Source of the DNA: Balanoglossus misakiensis
Lineage: Eukaryota > Animalia > Hemichordata
Length of the DNA: 64,000 bases
Assembly: GCA_040954595.2 (NCBI GenBank)
Contig: CM082576.2
Location: forward strand, 10,109,129 to 10,173,128
Direction: 5' to 3'
Positions within the stretch are counted from its first letter, which is position 1; every line of letters begins with the position of its first letter. The notes under the pieces were generated by a model. The model was not told the DNA's origin, made no database searches, and worked only from the letters and a program-made list of their open reading frames with translations. Position numbers and translations under genes: made by a program. Shown here one piece after another: positions 13,801 to 27,119 of the stretch.

Positions 13801-16800
13801 CTTGATGCCAATAATTAACATAAATTTGTAACCATGGCTGCACATAAAGTATTGGATTTGCCCACAACTCCCACAAAACATCGCACATGCAGCCCTCAAC
13901 CATATATGGGAATATTTTATAAGTAAACCTATATCTTACCCTGTAAACTGGCCTACCATCATTCGTACCAATACCTATCCTAACATAACAACCTTTCACT
14001 GTTTGTGTAAAGAATGGCATGTGTACCCATCTGTGTGAACAAACAAAAAATACATACCATGTTACTAAATTTAGTTTTGATTTCTACTGGTATTAACAGG
14101 GTAGTGGGTTAGTTCATTTGAAAATTGAAAATAGTAGAAAGAACAGTAATGTATGTACACTGTTACTGATGAATGTAGTCAATGAAGCTTTTGAAGAATG
14201 AACATTAATTGTCAAAAACAAATTACTAGTATTTCATGTAAAAAAAGTATAAGAAAGTGCAACACACATGCTGTTGTTGCATGTGTGTTGTCCAAGAATT
14301 CTTGGAAGCAGAAGTCTGCTTTAATGACAACTCCGCTTTCACAATGCATACCTTTCTAATTTGTGTCGCGATAACCGTATCTTTGCCAACTCTTCCCTGC
14401 CTTGTATCGTTTGTGCTCTGTGATCTTCATAGTCCCTGAAAGTGAAGAAACAATAATGTTAAAGTCTTGCCAACTATGACACCAATAAAAAATCCTGTTT
14501 CATTACAGTAGATTTAACAGTAGATTTTCTGACGAAGATCGTGAGCCTATCCACGCGAGTTTGCTCGGCCTCTGCATTAACCAACTGACTCTGATGCAAG
14601 TACTTACTCTTCATCATCCTTGTCAGAGGCCGCATACGACGCATCACTCTGACTCTCACTGGAATCGTCATTGTCGTCACTTTCATCGTCGGAATAAACG
14701 TCGCTGACCTTGACTGGCTGCTTCTTGGCCAGTGCTTCAGCTGTAACAACGACAAAACAACTATGAGCAATTGACTGAGACAATGAACTTACCAAGCAAA
14801 CAATGGATTTGGACCAAACCATGGTGGTTAAAAGGCTTAAACTTCCCCAAGCTGTTACTTTGTAGCATGGGTTACCGAAAGTCACGTGTTTGAAGGGGAA
14901 CGAAAAGCAAAGTCTAGTCTCCGACAGTGCTTTCAGAAACCTCCACTTTACTGTAGGAAGCTGTACAACGTTGTGTTGCAGGGTTTGGCTGTTACACATT
15001 GGAAGAAGCTTGTCAGCTTCAGTGTAACACCACCTGCAGCTTCCATTTCTAAGACTACACTGACACCTTTGGAGACAGTCAAACCTGTCTGTAGTGATCA
15101 GTCAAGGGACTTTTCTAAATTGTCTTTTATAGACAGGTGGCCTCTATAGACAAAATTCCACTAATATATAGAGGTGGTCACTAACACAGGTTTGATTGTG
15201 GCGAGTACACTAGCAGCATTATCACTGACCTGTCTTTCTCTTTTTCTCTCTTTCGGCCTTCAAGTCTTTGATAGCCTGTGCTTTTCTGTCTCTCTTCTCA
15301 TCTATTGTCCTCCTCCTTTCTCTGCTTCGCTCGGACGTCGTCTTGGCACGCTGTTTGAACTCATCTTCCCGTTTCTTCTGTCGTTTCATTTCTTTCTTCT
15401 TGGCCTGGCGAAGTTTCCTCTCTATTTCGAATCTGCGGTAGAGATCAGTAGCCATTACTTAACACTGGGCAAACTCATTTTCAACCCTGTGTTAGCTGAT
15501 CAAAACAGATTGCTTGATCTTTACTAGAGTACTGTAGATCACCAGGTTTCTGACCATTGCACACTTTCTGATAGACACGCCACATCTGGTGACCAACAAA
15601 ATCCAAGAAAACCCAGTAGACCATTGATACCTTCTTAGTTCTACATACCTTGTTTTCAAAACCTCTCTTTTCTCTATTCGGTTGTAAATTTCTTGTTCTC
15701 TTTCCTTTTCTGTCATCTGTTCCAGCCTCGCCCTATCTTCCTCGTCCCCCATGAAATCATCTCCATAGCCATCGAAGAATTCTTTCTCATCTTCACTGTC
15801 TGAGTCACTGGAATTTGAACCTGAGTACGACTTCTCACTCTCCGAATCTGAAACTTCCCCTGTGGGTGGATAACAATCAAATTATGCACATTAAAAAGGA
15901 TCCACATGGTGCCGCGTGCTAGTTTTTACACTTTTTTCCTAAGGAATACTCGGTAATTTACTTGTTACATTATGCAACATGGGTAATAATTGGGTACTTG
16001 CAAGGTACGAGATGTTCTTCTATACACTAACAGTTCTATTATGGATTGGGTATTGCTATCATTTTTCCTCCTTTACCTTCCTCTAGTGAGGATTTTTCTG
16101 AATCACTGGCAGCGGCTGAACTATCTGATGCTGCAGTCTTGACCGTCCTTTTCTTGACAGGTTTCTTTGTCGGTTTCTTTTTGGCTCCTGCTGTCCACTA
16201 ATGAATCAGGAGGGAGTAAAGGAATATCTGGTTATCTACAATTCTAGACCACATGAGTGTAAAAGTTACGTCTACCATAACTTCCAGGTTTGGCCAATAC
16301 TGGCACAGAAAGCACACTTTGTCTACATGTACTTTACCTCATCATCGCTGTCTGATGTCTCTGAATCAGAATCACTTTTTTGACTGTTTTCTTGGGGTTC
16401 GACCCTCTTCCTTTTCGTCAATGACAGAAGTTCCTGCAGCAAACCAAACAGACAAAAAGTTCAAATGTTAGTGATGGTGTAACATACACTGCCAGACTCA
16501 AAATTGACTCAGGTCTCAAGGGTTACCAAAAAGCTTTAACTTCCAGAATCAAACCCTTTTGGCAGTATTGAAGCCACCATCACGTGTAGTTTTGCACATC
16601 TGACACTTTTAGAACATATTTATCTTAGCTGTTTGATGGCCAAGTTTGAAACCCAACCTGCTGAGCAAAACATGTATAAGCTTTATATAATAAAATGTAA
16701 ATAATTTTGTGGGGCTTTACACAATAATTTCAATGGTAACTACTAGCAAAATATTCAAAGCGAAACTTTTCTATGTGAATTTAATAACCAGGAATAGTTA

Positions 16801-17487
16801 CTTCTATGTTATTGTGTGTTAGTCTACTCTTATAATCAATGAGAGGAAATAACTTAAATTATTACAAACAAAATACATTCAGCAACACTGAAGAATTTTC
16901 TGTATATTTGCCCTAAATCTATGATAAAACTGAAGTGAAAGTAGGTCTTCTTGCAAATGTGTTGTATGTAGTAGTATTTAAATTGGGCATGGATATGCGA
17001 AATTGAGCTTTACATCTGAGTAAACGTCTGTCCATACTGATGGTGTGAGTCTTTTTGGTTCGAAACTTGTCTTGGTATGGGGATCATCATTGTGTTCTGG
17101 GGTCTACCTGTTCTGCTACGTACAGTACATGGATCATTTGACAAGCGCGCATGGTCCCTGGATAACTGGAGTTCGGGCCGTCATAGTGGGCATGGTTATT
17201 GGGGCATGCATATTACGATTGGTGGGCTAAATTGGACGGGGTGGGAAGTTTCAGAACATTGCAAAGAAACCTGGTGCTGCCGCCACAGCTTCCAGGGGAC
17301 ACACATTGATATTGCTGGGGTATCCTTTTTGTTCGCACAAGTTGTATTCGTGCAACACTCTTTCAAAATTCGTGTCAGATGCCGTTTCCAGAAAATGTTC
17401 GACATGTACCTCTTCCAAATCTGCAGCACTGTCACTGCCGGAGCTATCAGAATCCACTAAAACTCTGCTCTTCTTTCGTTTGCTCAT
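10817..17487 (-). CDS. RTF1: RNA polymerase-associated protein RTF1 (PAF1 complex, Plus3 domain), ~17 exons
   Basis: [26 protein letters not shown]|[10 protein letters not shown]..; [34 protein letters not shown]; Plus3 [23 protein letters not shown]; YINQRNR; [19 protein letters not shown]; C-terminus [16 protein letters not shown]. Confidence 0.97.
15076..15198. mobile_element. Short MITE-like element with terminal inverted repeats (Tc1/mariner-pogo-type CAGT terminus), in RTF1 intron
   Basis: Left CAGTCAAACCTGTCTGTAGTGATCA versus reverse complement of the right end CAATCAAACCTGTGTTAGTGACCA; no coding capacity; TA target-site duplication not intact. Confidence 0.6.
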
Positions 17488-17943
17488 CTCGCCTCCAGTA
17501 TTGTTAATTTCAAATGTCGACTGCGAGCTTGTAAAACTGAGACTGGGAAAAACACTGCGCGTTGGTTCAAAATTACCCACAAGCCCTTGCGACATAGGAA
17601 TTTGGTGGTTCGTAAATACTTTACTCTTAGACTGATAGGCTCGTACGCGATTATTAATAATTGTTTTTCGTTTTTCTAAGACCATATAAATATTATGAAG
17701 ATATAACATTTACCACGTCATCTCTTTGACTTAAATATTATAATACACAGCTGATTACCTTTTTACCCAATGAACTACAGTATCAAACGATCATAACTTG
17801 TACTCAACAAATGTGTGTTACAATCATATGACCCAAGTTGACCTATTTCGTCATTGACAATCATAGAGGACGTCGTAGGTATTATTCACAAGTCATCATA
17901 ACATTAAATTTGGAGCCTGGGTACAGAGTTCACCGTTTCACGA
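17488..17943. promoter_or_regulatory. Putative bidirectional promoter region RTF1/ZFYVE1
   Basis: Divergent start codons at 17487 (-) and 17944 (+) separated by 456 bp. Confidence 0.65.
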
Positions 17944-20900
17944 ATGTCGATGTCAACCTTAGCCTTTCAGAACTTTCAAGAAGCTGGTCAGATGGCTGTA
18001 CGTTCTAAAGGTAAAGCTCTTGGGGCGTCTAAACGTCTGTGTCAAGAGAGGTTTGCCTGCACCGGAGATCCAGCCGAGTTCGATTGTGACGAATGCGGGA
18101 CTCTCCAGTGTGTACATTGCGAAAGTAGGTTACACGAGTCGCCTCGGTTCGTTTTTCACGACCGTAGAAAGATCAAACTCCCGCCGAAAATACAAATGTG
18201 TGGCATTCACTGCCGTCCAGCTAGGGAAGCCGCGCTTAGATGCGAGCAGTGCGATGTTTTTATGTGCCAAGATTGTGACGCTAAGATGCACTCGAAGGGG
18301 AAGAGGCGAACGCACGAGAGAAACATCATACAACAATCAGGGGTTCAAAGTCCTCCCCGGTCACAGGTACACCATGTACCTGAGTCAGAGAGACACGGCT
18401 ACGGCTCTGATCATGACTCGACAGACATTTTTCAAACCTGCAATTTTGGTATAGATGATTTTGTCAAACCGTCGTCCCCAGTTCAGTCGAAATCTAGCCC
18501 TATAGCAATTCCAGGAAAGGCTGCTTTTATTACTCCTACTGCAGTTGCTATGGTTACACCACAGTCATCAAAGGCAAAGTTAGAAAAACTCGATGACGGT
18601 CATGCAGTACACCCCAGCGCCGTTGACGCCGCAATGCAACCACTGGACAGTGAAATGAAACAGATTAGTTTAGATGATGATGAAGATCTCTATTCAACAT
18701 CGCTTCAAAGTACAATGGTTGGGGCGAGTCCAGATGGTGCTAAGACCCTGACTGAACCAGGCCAGGAGCCTATAGTAGGAGGGTTCCTATTGGTTGATGA
18801 CACAGAAACTCTGATGGTGAGTCATTGGAAGAGATGTCAAAGGGTGATGTGCACATAGCTCATTTCAAAGGATGGCCATGAGAGAGGCCAGGGTTGAAGA
18901 CATGCAACAGAAATGTAAATTAGACAGAGGGCAGATGCGGATGCTCAAAATACACAATTGTTGGGGAGTGATGTTAGTGCTCCTGACTTTTCAGGGGTAT
19001 TAATGCACAGACACAGTACATACAATTAGTGAATAACAATAATACCAATTTAAATTGCTTTACAGGTTAAGAATGGAACCGATTTCCTGGAGGCACTGAA
19101 ATGCTCCGACGAAGCTGTTGTTAAAGTGGTGTCAATTTTCGGCAACACGGGGGATGGTAAATCGCACACCCTTAACCATACATTCTACGGGGGCAAGGAG
19201 GTGTTCCACACTTCAGCCTCCCAAGATTCCTGTACAATCGGAGTGTGGGCTGCGTACGACCCACAGCTGAATGTGATCACCGTAGACACAGAGGGCTTGC
19301 TGGGAACCACACCAAACCAGAACCAGCGCATGAGACTTCTTTTGAAAGTGCTGGCCGTGTCGGACATTGTCATCTACCGAACAGCGGCGGACAGGTTGCA
19401 CAGCGACCTCTACAGGTTTCTGGGCGATGCATCTAAAGCGTATGAGAAACACTTCACCCATGAACTCCAGGCCGCTGCCAAGAGATGGGAAATGGACGTG
19501 CCTCTGAGCACTTTGGGGCCAGCAGTTATTGTATTCCATGAAACAACGCACACAGAACCCTTAGGTTCGTATACCTGTTCCTGCAGCAGAACATTCATTA
19601 CTAATGCAGTCTTTGTTTTTTTCCCCCATCATGTTCTGGAGTGATTCAGCACATTTGTAGCATTTGAACATGGAATGAACATATTTTGTAGCAGTCAACA
19701 TATATGTGATTACATGTAGTCGATGAGATCTATAGTTGTCAGAGTACTGTTTGTGTGATCTCAGCCCTCTGTGACAAACTGGAGAATAATTTTTGTCCTT
19801 TTGCATTCCTAGGGTATGGCAAGAGCAACAAACGTCCCGAAACTCAACTGAAGGAACGGTTCAGACAGGAAGGCAAGAATATAAACGCTTTCAGCTCACT
19901 GCATTATGTCGGTATAAGAAAGCAGAAGAAAGGCACCGACTTCACAGGTTTGCGAAAAGTCATCCAAGCGCAAGTGACAGATAGCTCAGTCAGATCACCA
20001 AGATCACCTGTCATTATATATCAAGCACTTAAGGTGAGTTTTGCCTGTGGATTTTTCCTCTATACGCCTTTCTCATAAAGAGGGCGGCCTTCCAAAACAT
20101 GGCGTCGTCTCCAAGGAGACAGTAGATCCGAGAAGGTGTTATTTGCAATACTGTAGTTATTATGCACCATTTGCGCAAGTTTCTGCTCAGACATTAATGT
20201 GGACACAACTGCACCAGCTCTAGGATCAGTACCAACAGGAAGTGAGAGTAACTCTTGTTTATTTGATTTCAGGTATTGAATGATAAATTTAATGACACAA
20301 TTAAGGGTGAAGTTCCCAATACTTTTCCTGACGAGTATTTCACCTGCAGTGCTCACTGTCTTTCGTGCAAGTAAGTCCATCTAAATATCATTTTGCAAAG
20401 TGGTCGTTTCTTCCTGAACTGAATCTATTTGTTGTATACATGTGATTTGCATTAGCATTTCAATGATGTGTATGGTAGATACCCCAGACCAACCAGCATT
20501 ATTCTAGTTTGTGCATTTATATACCGGTATTAATATAACAAATGCTGTTTGTCTTTGTATTGGAATTATTAGAATGTAACCCAAGGTGTCAGTCTTCATA
20601 ATGTTCATTGACCAATAAGTACATATACAGGATTTCTATAGTTCTAATTGCAGTTACATCAAAAGTAAAATGATCTTTTTTTTCTGCCTGGTAACACAGC
20701 AATCGCTGCACCCTCACAATGAACCATATGAAAGACAAAATTGGCCACGACTCGGATAAAAGATGCAAATATCAACACCAATATGACAACAATGTCTACA
20801 CATGCAAGGTAGGTCATTTGAACAAACAAGACAGTGACAAATTCAGTGTCTGTTTTTTGCCCACCATATCCTTCTTTGAATTTCCCATATAAAATGATGC

Positions 20901-23282
20901 AATGTATTTCAAAACCATTGTCCATTGTACATGTACCAGATTACTGATTAGAGAAAAGACTATTGTCTTGAATTTTGACAGGTACAAATACATGAATAAA
21001 TGTGTACAAATTGTCAATGTGCTCACTGATTGAATCATGAATTTCCAGCGCTGTTATGTGAGTGGCAAGGAAACATTGGTGGTACCTAAAACTTCGGCCT
21101 CCACTGATGCCTCCTGGCTGGGTCTGGCTAAATACGCATGGTCAGGGTAAGTCTCGCTAAGAATGATACTCCTACATCTGTTGCTAGAAGCTAAATAGAA
21201 CAAAAATATGATCCTTTATGGATCGTTGTTGAACAGTTAATGTCTCTACAACTCATACTGCCAGAAAAGCTGCTTTGTGGTCCGCCAAAGGAAGATTGAC
21301 ACTTTCCATTCTATCAAGGCAGCAGACCGTCCGTCCTCAGCACCAACCATCCTCTGCTGGTGCAAAATATTGTCTGTGTCGGTTTGGTGTTGTCCTTGCT
21401 TGGCTAGCGGAATTTGTTGAGCTTGCCCACCACTGACCACCGGAGTTATGCTGTCAGGTTGCCATGGTAATAGCCACAACACTTAATTCACACACACACA
21501 CACACACACACCCCAGTACATTTATCTCTATGGTGTGTGCTGTGAAACCCACAGGTATGTGATAGAATGCCCTCGCTGCGGCATTATATACCGCAGCCGG
21601 GAATACTGGTATGGTAACAAGGACCCTGTTGATGGTGCTGTCAGGACAGAAATACGGCACGTCTGGCCAGGGGTGAGTGGGTCTGATCAGTCAGAACAGC
21701 TGTACTGCCTGTCAATTTATTATTTGTGTGTGAATTTAGATCCCTGTCCATTTAAACCACTTTGCCATCATACTCAGAACCAGTCTTGTTTACAGTAATG
21801 AAGTCAGACCGATGTACAGTCAGGGTTTCTGAAAGTGACAGTGTTATCGATATTGTTGTGAGGCTTAATGCTTTAAGGTTCAACGTATTTCCTTTGTGTT
21901 GGTGTTTTTTTCCCCCAGGGCAATCCTGTACTGCAGGGTACTCACAACGCAGCCCGTAGATTACTAGATGGCCTGAGCCACGTTGCTGGTAGCGTTGGCT
22001 ATGTCAGTGCCAAACCGACAAAGATGCTGAGTGACTGGATGACCGACCAAATTGCCCCAGCCTATTGGGTTCCAAATAACCAAATTACAGTAAGTCGCAG
22101 TGACAATGAAATAGACTTTTATCGATCTTCTCAAGAAGCGAAAGAGTGTTGCAGGATTTTGTTCACTTTTACAAAAAATCAAATCTGCCATGAACTATCT
22201 CTATCCCAGGTATGTAGTAAGTGCAAGAAAGATTTTGCTGAGAAGGGCCTGACCAAACACCATTGCCGTGGCTGCGGTCAGGGATTCTGCAATGACTGCA
22301 CTTTAAAACGGCGAGCTGTGCCAGAGAGGGGCTGGGGCCAGGCATTGGTCAGAGTTTGTGATGAATGTTATAAAGTGGACAGCAATGCAGGTGATTAGTA
22401 CATCTTATTAGTGGTCGGATTTCATTTGACTTGTTGTGTTCTTTTGTCAGAAACACTTGCCAGAAATGATAGTTGTCACAGATATTCACAGATTCAAAGG
22501 AACTTTGATCAGACTTTTAAATGAATAGTCAATGTATATTAATGTTTTTACTGCGTATTCACATTATAATGCTTACTGTATATTGTTGTTAATCTATTGA
22601 AAATTATACTGAAATCTACAATTATAGTAGTGCAGACTACAATATAATAAAATGTCTTTCTTTGAGAATTAAGTTACTGTCACTTGTGTTCACATTCTGT
22701 GGCATTGACTTCACTTCAGTAAAGCCGTCATAATGATATATTTCATGTCTAACTGTGTTTTCTTTGCAGGACTAAATGAAAGTACGGAGTCTGGCATTGA
22801 CTCTGAACCACACCCAGTCACAGCCAGGAAAGTGGGGGAAGTTATCGGCAGTACCTTGAGTGTGGTGGCCTCTGCAATAGAATATCCAAAAGGTATGTTT
22901 ATCATTCTTCGATTTTATTTAAGGGTATATGGTCAGTTGTGAAGGGAGCTGGCAGCATGCACTGCCCTGATTTGATCGCACCAGAATGAGTTTGGCGTTT
23001 AATACTGGAGCTGTAAATCCCAGACTGCATTCTGCAACTGTACGTATTTCAGGGATCGTCGTGGATGCAGCCAGACCAGCCTACTGGATACCAGACAATC
23101 AAATCAAGAAGTGCTGTTGTTGCGGGGAAGAGTTCGGACCCAAGCTGACCATACATCACTGCCGTGCATGCGGCGACGGCGTCTGCAACGACTGCTCCCC
23201 GAACACCTTGCCCGTACCTTCTCGCGGATGGGACCACCCGGTCAGAATTTGTGTAAACTGTGAAAAGGCAGATGAACTATAA
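17944..23282 (+). CDS. ZFYVE1: Zinc finger FYVE domain-containing protein 1 (DFCP1): two N-terminal B-box-like zinc fingers, GBP/atlastin-like P-loop NTPase, two FYVE domains; 11 exons
   Basis: CQERFACTG..EFDCDECGTLQC; P-loop VSIFGNTGDGKSHTLN; DTEGLLG; RLLLKVLAVSDIVIYRT; YVIECPRCGIIYRSREYWYGN; FYVE motifs WVPN..KHHCRGCGQGFC and WIPD..HHCRACGDGVC. Exons ~17944-18816, 19066-19564, 19813-20033, 20273-20370, 20700-20808, 21049-21146, 21555-21672, 21919-22089, 22210-22390, 22770-22892, 23053-23282. Confidence 0.96.
21488..21511. repeat. (CA)n microsatellite
   Basis: cacacacacacacacacacacac run in a ZFYVE1 intron. Confidence 0.9.
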
Positions 23283-24673
23283 GCTTCAGCCATCATTTTT
23301 TTCCTTTTTTCAAAAATGTTGCCTTTTTTGCAACCTAATATTTACATCACGTTCTAGTTAATTTTCCTGTATGGTTAAGCTCTATAGCTGCAGTGGTAGC
23401 ATTGCAGTGTTTTCCATGCCACGGTTTCACCAACTCATCACTGTGATCCCTGATGGTTATCAGTTTCCACCGATTGGAATTACAGCAGCCATAGTCTCCA
23501 TAAAATATCATATAAATTATTAAATTCATTTCACAAAGGATTTAGATTATAATGCTAATATCAGCCCTTTTTTCGCCTTGCATCATTGCACACTTGGTTT
23601 TGTTTCTAAAATTCTACGTAAAATTGACGCTTCATTTCAAGTTGCCTGAATGAAGCAGCAATTGTGTGCTCAACAGATGATCACAGTATTAGCTGAATGC
23701 CAGTAAAAATAACTCGAGCAGAAACAATGAACGCTGGCATTCAATCAGTCAATCACGGATGTACCAGGATATACAGTGGACCATCGCTAAGTCGCGCCTC
23801 AATAAGACGCGGTTTCGACTAAGTCGCAGGTTTGCAGATGGTTGAAGGATTTTAATATGAGTAACAGAACGCCCAACTGCATTGATTCTACTCTCGTTTA
23901 CATTCATGGCATTTTCAGATGTGACTCTGGCAATGGCCCCAAAATAACACAAGCAATATATATGATGGGACACCGTGCCCAACAAGATTGACCATTGCAT
24001 GCATGCCACAAATTACTCTTCATAAAAGAAAGACAAATTATTAAGCCATGCATTACACAACTTTCATTTACATTACATTTGTCTGATTGAGAGGTGATTT
24101 TTATCCAACTTTTCAAAAATAATCAGTGTAACAGTCACTGTCACCAAATTGTATGGTCTCTTTTCATTTCAGGTAGGGTTTAAGGGGAGAGTATATGGTA
24201 CAGTTTGTCATATTACTTTTCAGTATTCAGGTTTTTCAAATGTTTATTTAAAGATCAGATGGATACTCCGCTAGTTGATGCGGAGCTTTGGAAACGAGAC
24301 TGTCAACAGTTGCTTGTGCCGTTTTCAAGTTGGCCTTTGTTTCATTTTGTAACCGTGCGCGAAGTTGGTGCAGTTATAATCTGGCACAGTCGCACACCTT
24401 TGGCGGTTGCACCTGTGCTATTGGCGCCTGTCTGTAACATGTTATCAATCACAGAATTCATGTTCATACTTTCCATCATCGCCTAGTTTAGACAAAAAAG
24501 GTGAGAGCCACTGCTTACAGTCACTAGTCTATGAAGACACCCTAACTTGTGACTTTCAGTTTCTGTGTATGGAAGTATCTGCAGAGCTGTCAAGTAATCA
24601 TCATAGTACTAGATACCGCAAGGGCATGCAAGGCGGTATTGGTTTACCACCGATCAAATCCAGATTTTACCCT

Positions 24674-24761
24674 TTCAACCCCCTGTTCCATCTGTAGAGG
24701 TTCGACTTTACCATAGAAAACAATGGATTTTGGATCAAACCATTGTGGTGAAAGGGTTGAA
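24674..24761. mobile_element. Copy of ~90-bp dispersed repeat with piggyBac-like TTAA/CCCT ends (reverse orientation to the 43626 copy)
   Basis: Reverse complement ttcaaccctttcaccacaatggtttgatccaaaatccattgttttctatggtaaagtcgaacctctacagatggaac aligns by eye with 43626-43720. Confidence 0.6.
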
Positions 24762-27119
24762 GGGAAATGTCTGTGTGTAGCATTTACGAGACACTGATAA
24801 AATGCTGTTTAAAAGTTACACATTGAAGCAGGATTTTGTCTGTCATCATCTGTCATTCATTACTTATTGATGTGGAACAGACATGAGAAGAAGTTTTTGT
24901 TGACTGCAAAATGGCCAGTTTATCATGGCATTTGTTGTGAAAAAATAACCGGGATATGATGCTTGTGTAAATAATTTCACCGATGTATTTCTTGTGTAAT
25001 CCCCCTCTAGTAAACGCAAAGACGTGTTTCAGTTACAACATATATAAGCTTACAAGTAAAAGTTCTAAAATTTGCAGTACTACCCATGATTTTTCAATGT
25101 CAAATACAGTCTTCACGAGTCTGTGGTAACTACGATGTAGAAAAGATGAGAAAGAGAAAGGTGTTTTTCAATTGTCATAAAAAGTTGTTGTAACATAAAA
25201 TTGTAATCCAATTTGTACAGCCCGGTGTGTGTATCTTATTGTAAAATACAATTTAGGCGAAAATGTCCAAAAACAGATGGACGAATGAAACCCAGCATTG
25301 AATTCTGTAAATCGCTGTGATATAACTAGTGTAATGTAAGATAGTGAAATTATTACATTGTAAATGCACAAATAATTGTAAGAATAAGAAAAGTTGCTTT
25401 TGCAGAATATTAGCCATGACAAACTCAATAAACTCTGACGAGAAATATGTATGTTCTTTTTTGTCAACTTAATGTACCAAAATGATGTCACTTGCGACCT
25501 CACTGATTGAGTTTCATAGTTTATTGCTAATGCGCATATTTCTAATATTTTTCCAAGAAAACACTTTGGGTGTAATCAGGTCTAGACTGCTTTAACCCTG
25601 ATACTTCTGTACAATTTGAGCTACCAGGGAGAAAAGTGATGCTATTTTTCTCGTCCTCGTAGCAAGATGCGTGGGCATGTGGGTCGGTGTGTTGGAACAA
25701 AGGAAACGAAAAAAATAGAAACATGAACTTTTGGTTTAGTGTTTTGTGATATATTGCCGTGATAGACACTGAGTCGACCGTCACGACTCGAAAGTGAAAC
25801 TTCCCCATCAAGTTCCACAAACGAAAGAAGTGTTTGTTCTCACCGCACACTGTAGTTGCGGCAGTATTTCAAGTTGGAGTTGTGATCAAGCAGCATAGCA
25901 ACCCGTTTTAAACAAAATCTTAATATTTCTGGGGAATTTTGTTTCGTTTCGTTTCGGGGTAATGGTGGAAAACATCACTTATTTACCTTAAACTTAAAAA
26001 CGGGAATGATTTAACGTTCGAGATATTGCCGCGTATCACTAGTATTTTCCATACCATGTTTCCGTCTTATATATAAGATTGAATTCCCGGCCGGGGGTCC
26101 TTGATTAAAAAGATCGCAATTATAATTCCCGCAATGATGCAAGAGTAACTGGGAAAGAATGAGGGAAAATGAAAGGCGAATTTTAATACTGACTACAATA
26201 CAATACTGGACTTTCCCTGCACCACCGATGATAATTTGCATAAACTCATGCGTAGGACGGTTGATGAATTCAACGCTCGGGTTACTTTTCATAATATAAA
26301 ATAGTTGTGATGTTATCGGGTATATTAATTTTTACCGGCTAACAACTAGTTTGTTATTCTACGGTGATTAAAAAGACGACCGCTTCCTGACCCGGGCATG
26401 GTAATTCGGTCAGACGTACACGTATCGCGAGTTTTTTTTCACAAGTTGCGCAAAACACGACATTCAGCGGAACCTATTAAAAAGACACGTGCCAGATCAC
26501 GTCTTTTGAAACACGAAATGACACATCACAACGATTGTCAAGGGTGAGAACGTCCAGACCCGCGAACCAGATCAGAATCATCAAACGAGTATTCATCTGT
26601 TGAAGTGTTCGGATGCGCAATATATGAAAACGTGTAAATATGTTGTACTACTCAAAATGACATCGATTGGTTTCGATCAAATTCTTCCCGCTTTTAGGTG
26701 GAACAGAATGATCGATTTTTGACTGTTTTAAACAATGCGATTGATATATAATTTAATTGCCGGAGGTTATATATTCGATTCAAATGAATTTTCTTTATCC
26801 TTTGATGTAATAAACATATATCGAGTATTTTTAGTGCCACATGGATGACGTGTCAAATTAAAGTACCAGGCATATTGCCCTGGTTTGATACCACGTAAAC
26901 TGCGACTGCGCACTACAGTGGGATGGCCAATAATACCGTAATTTTGACTATCGTCATTTACAGCACTCGTCAACCGGCGATGTGAGTGGGTGTGATCGCT
27001 GGAGTCTTTTGATTCCCATCTTTGCTATTATTGGCAAAAAAACGTACGGTGTGTTTTGTTGACTGCAATATAGTATATAGGGCTAGACATTGTATAGTGT
27101 CGATAAGCGTATTAACGTC

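Noticed and set aside
17030-17409. ORF-like or snoRNA-like sequence in RTF1 intron 1
   Set aside because: Minus-strand frames hit stops, the short plus-strand ORFs have no recognisable motif, and the C-box-like ATGATGA has no suitably placed D box.
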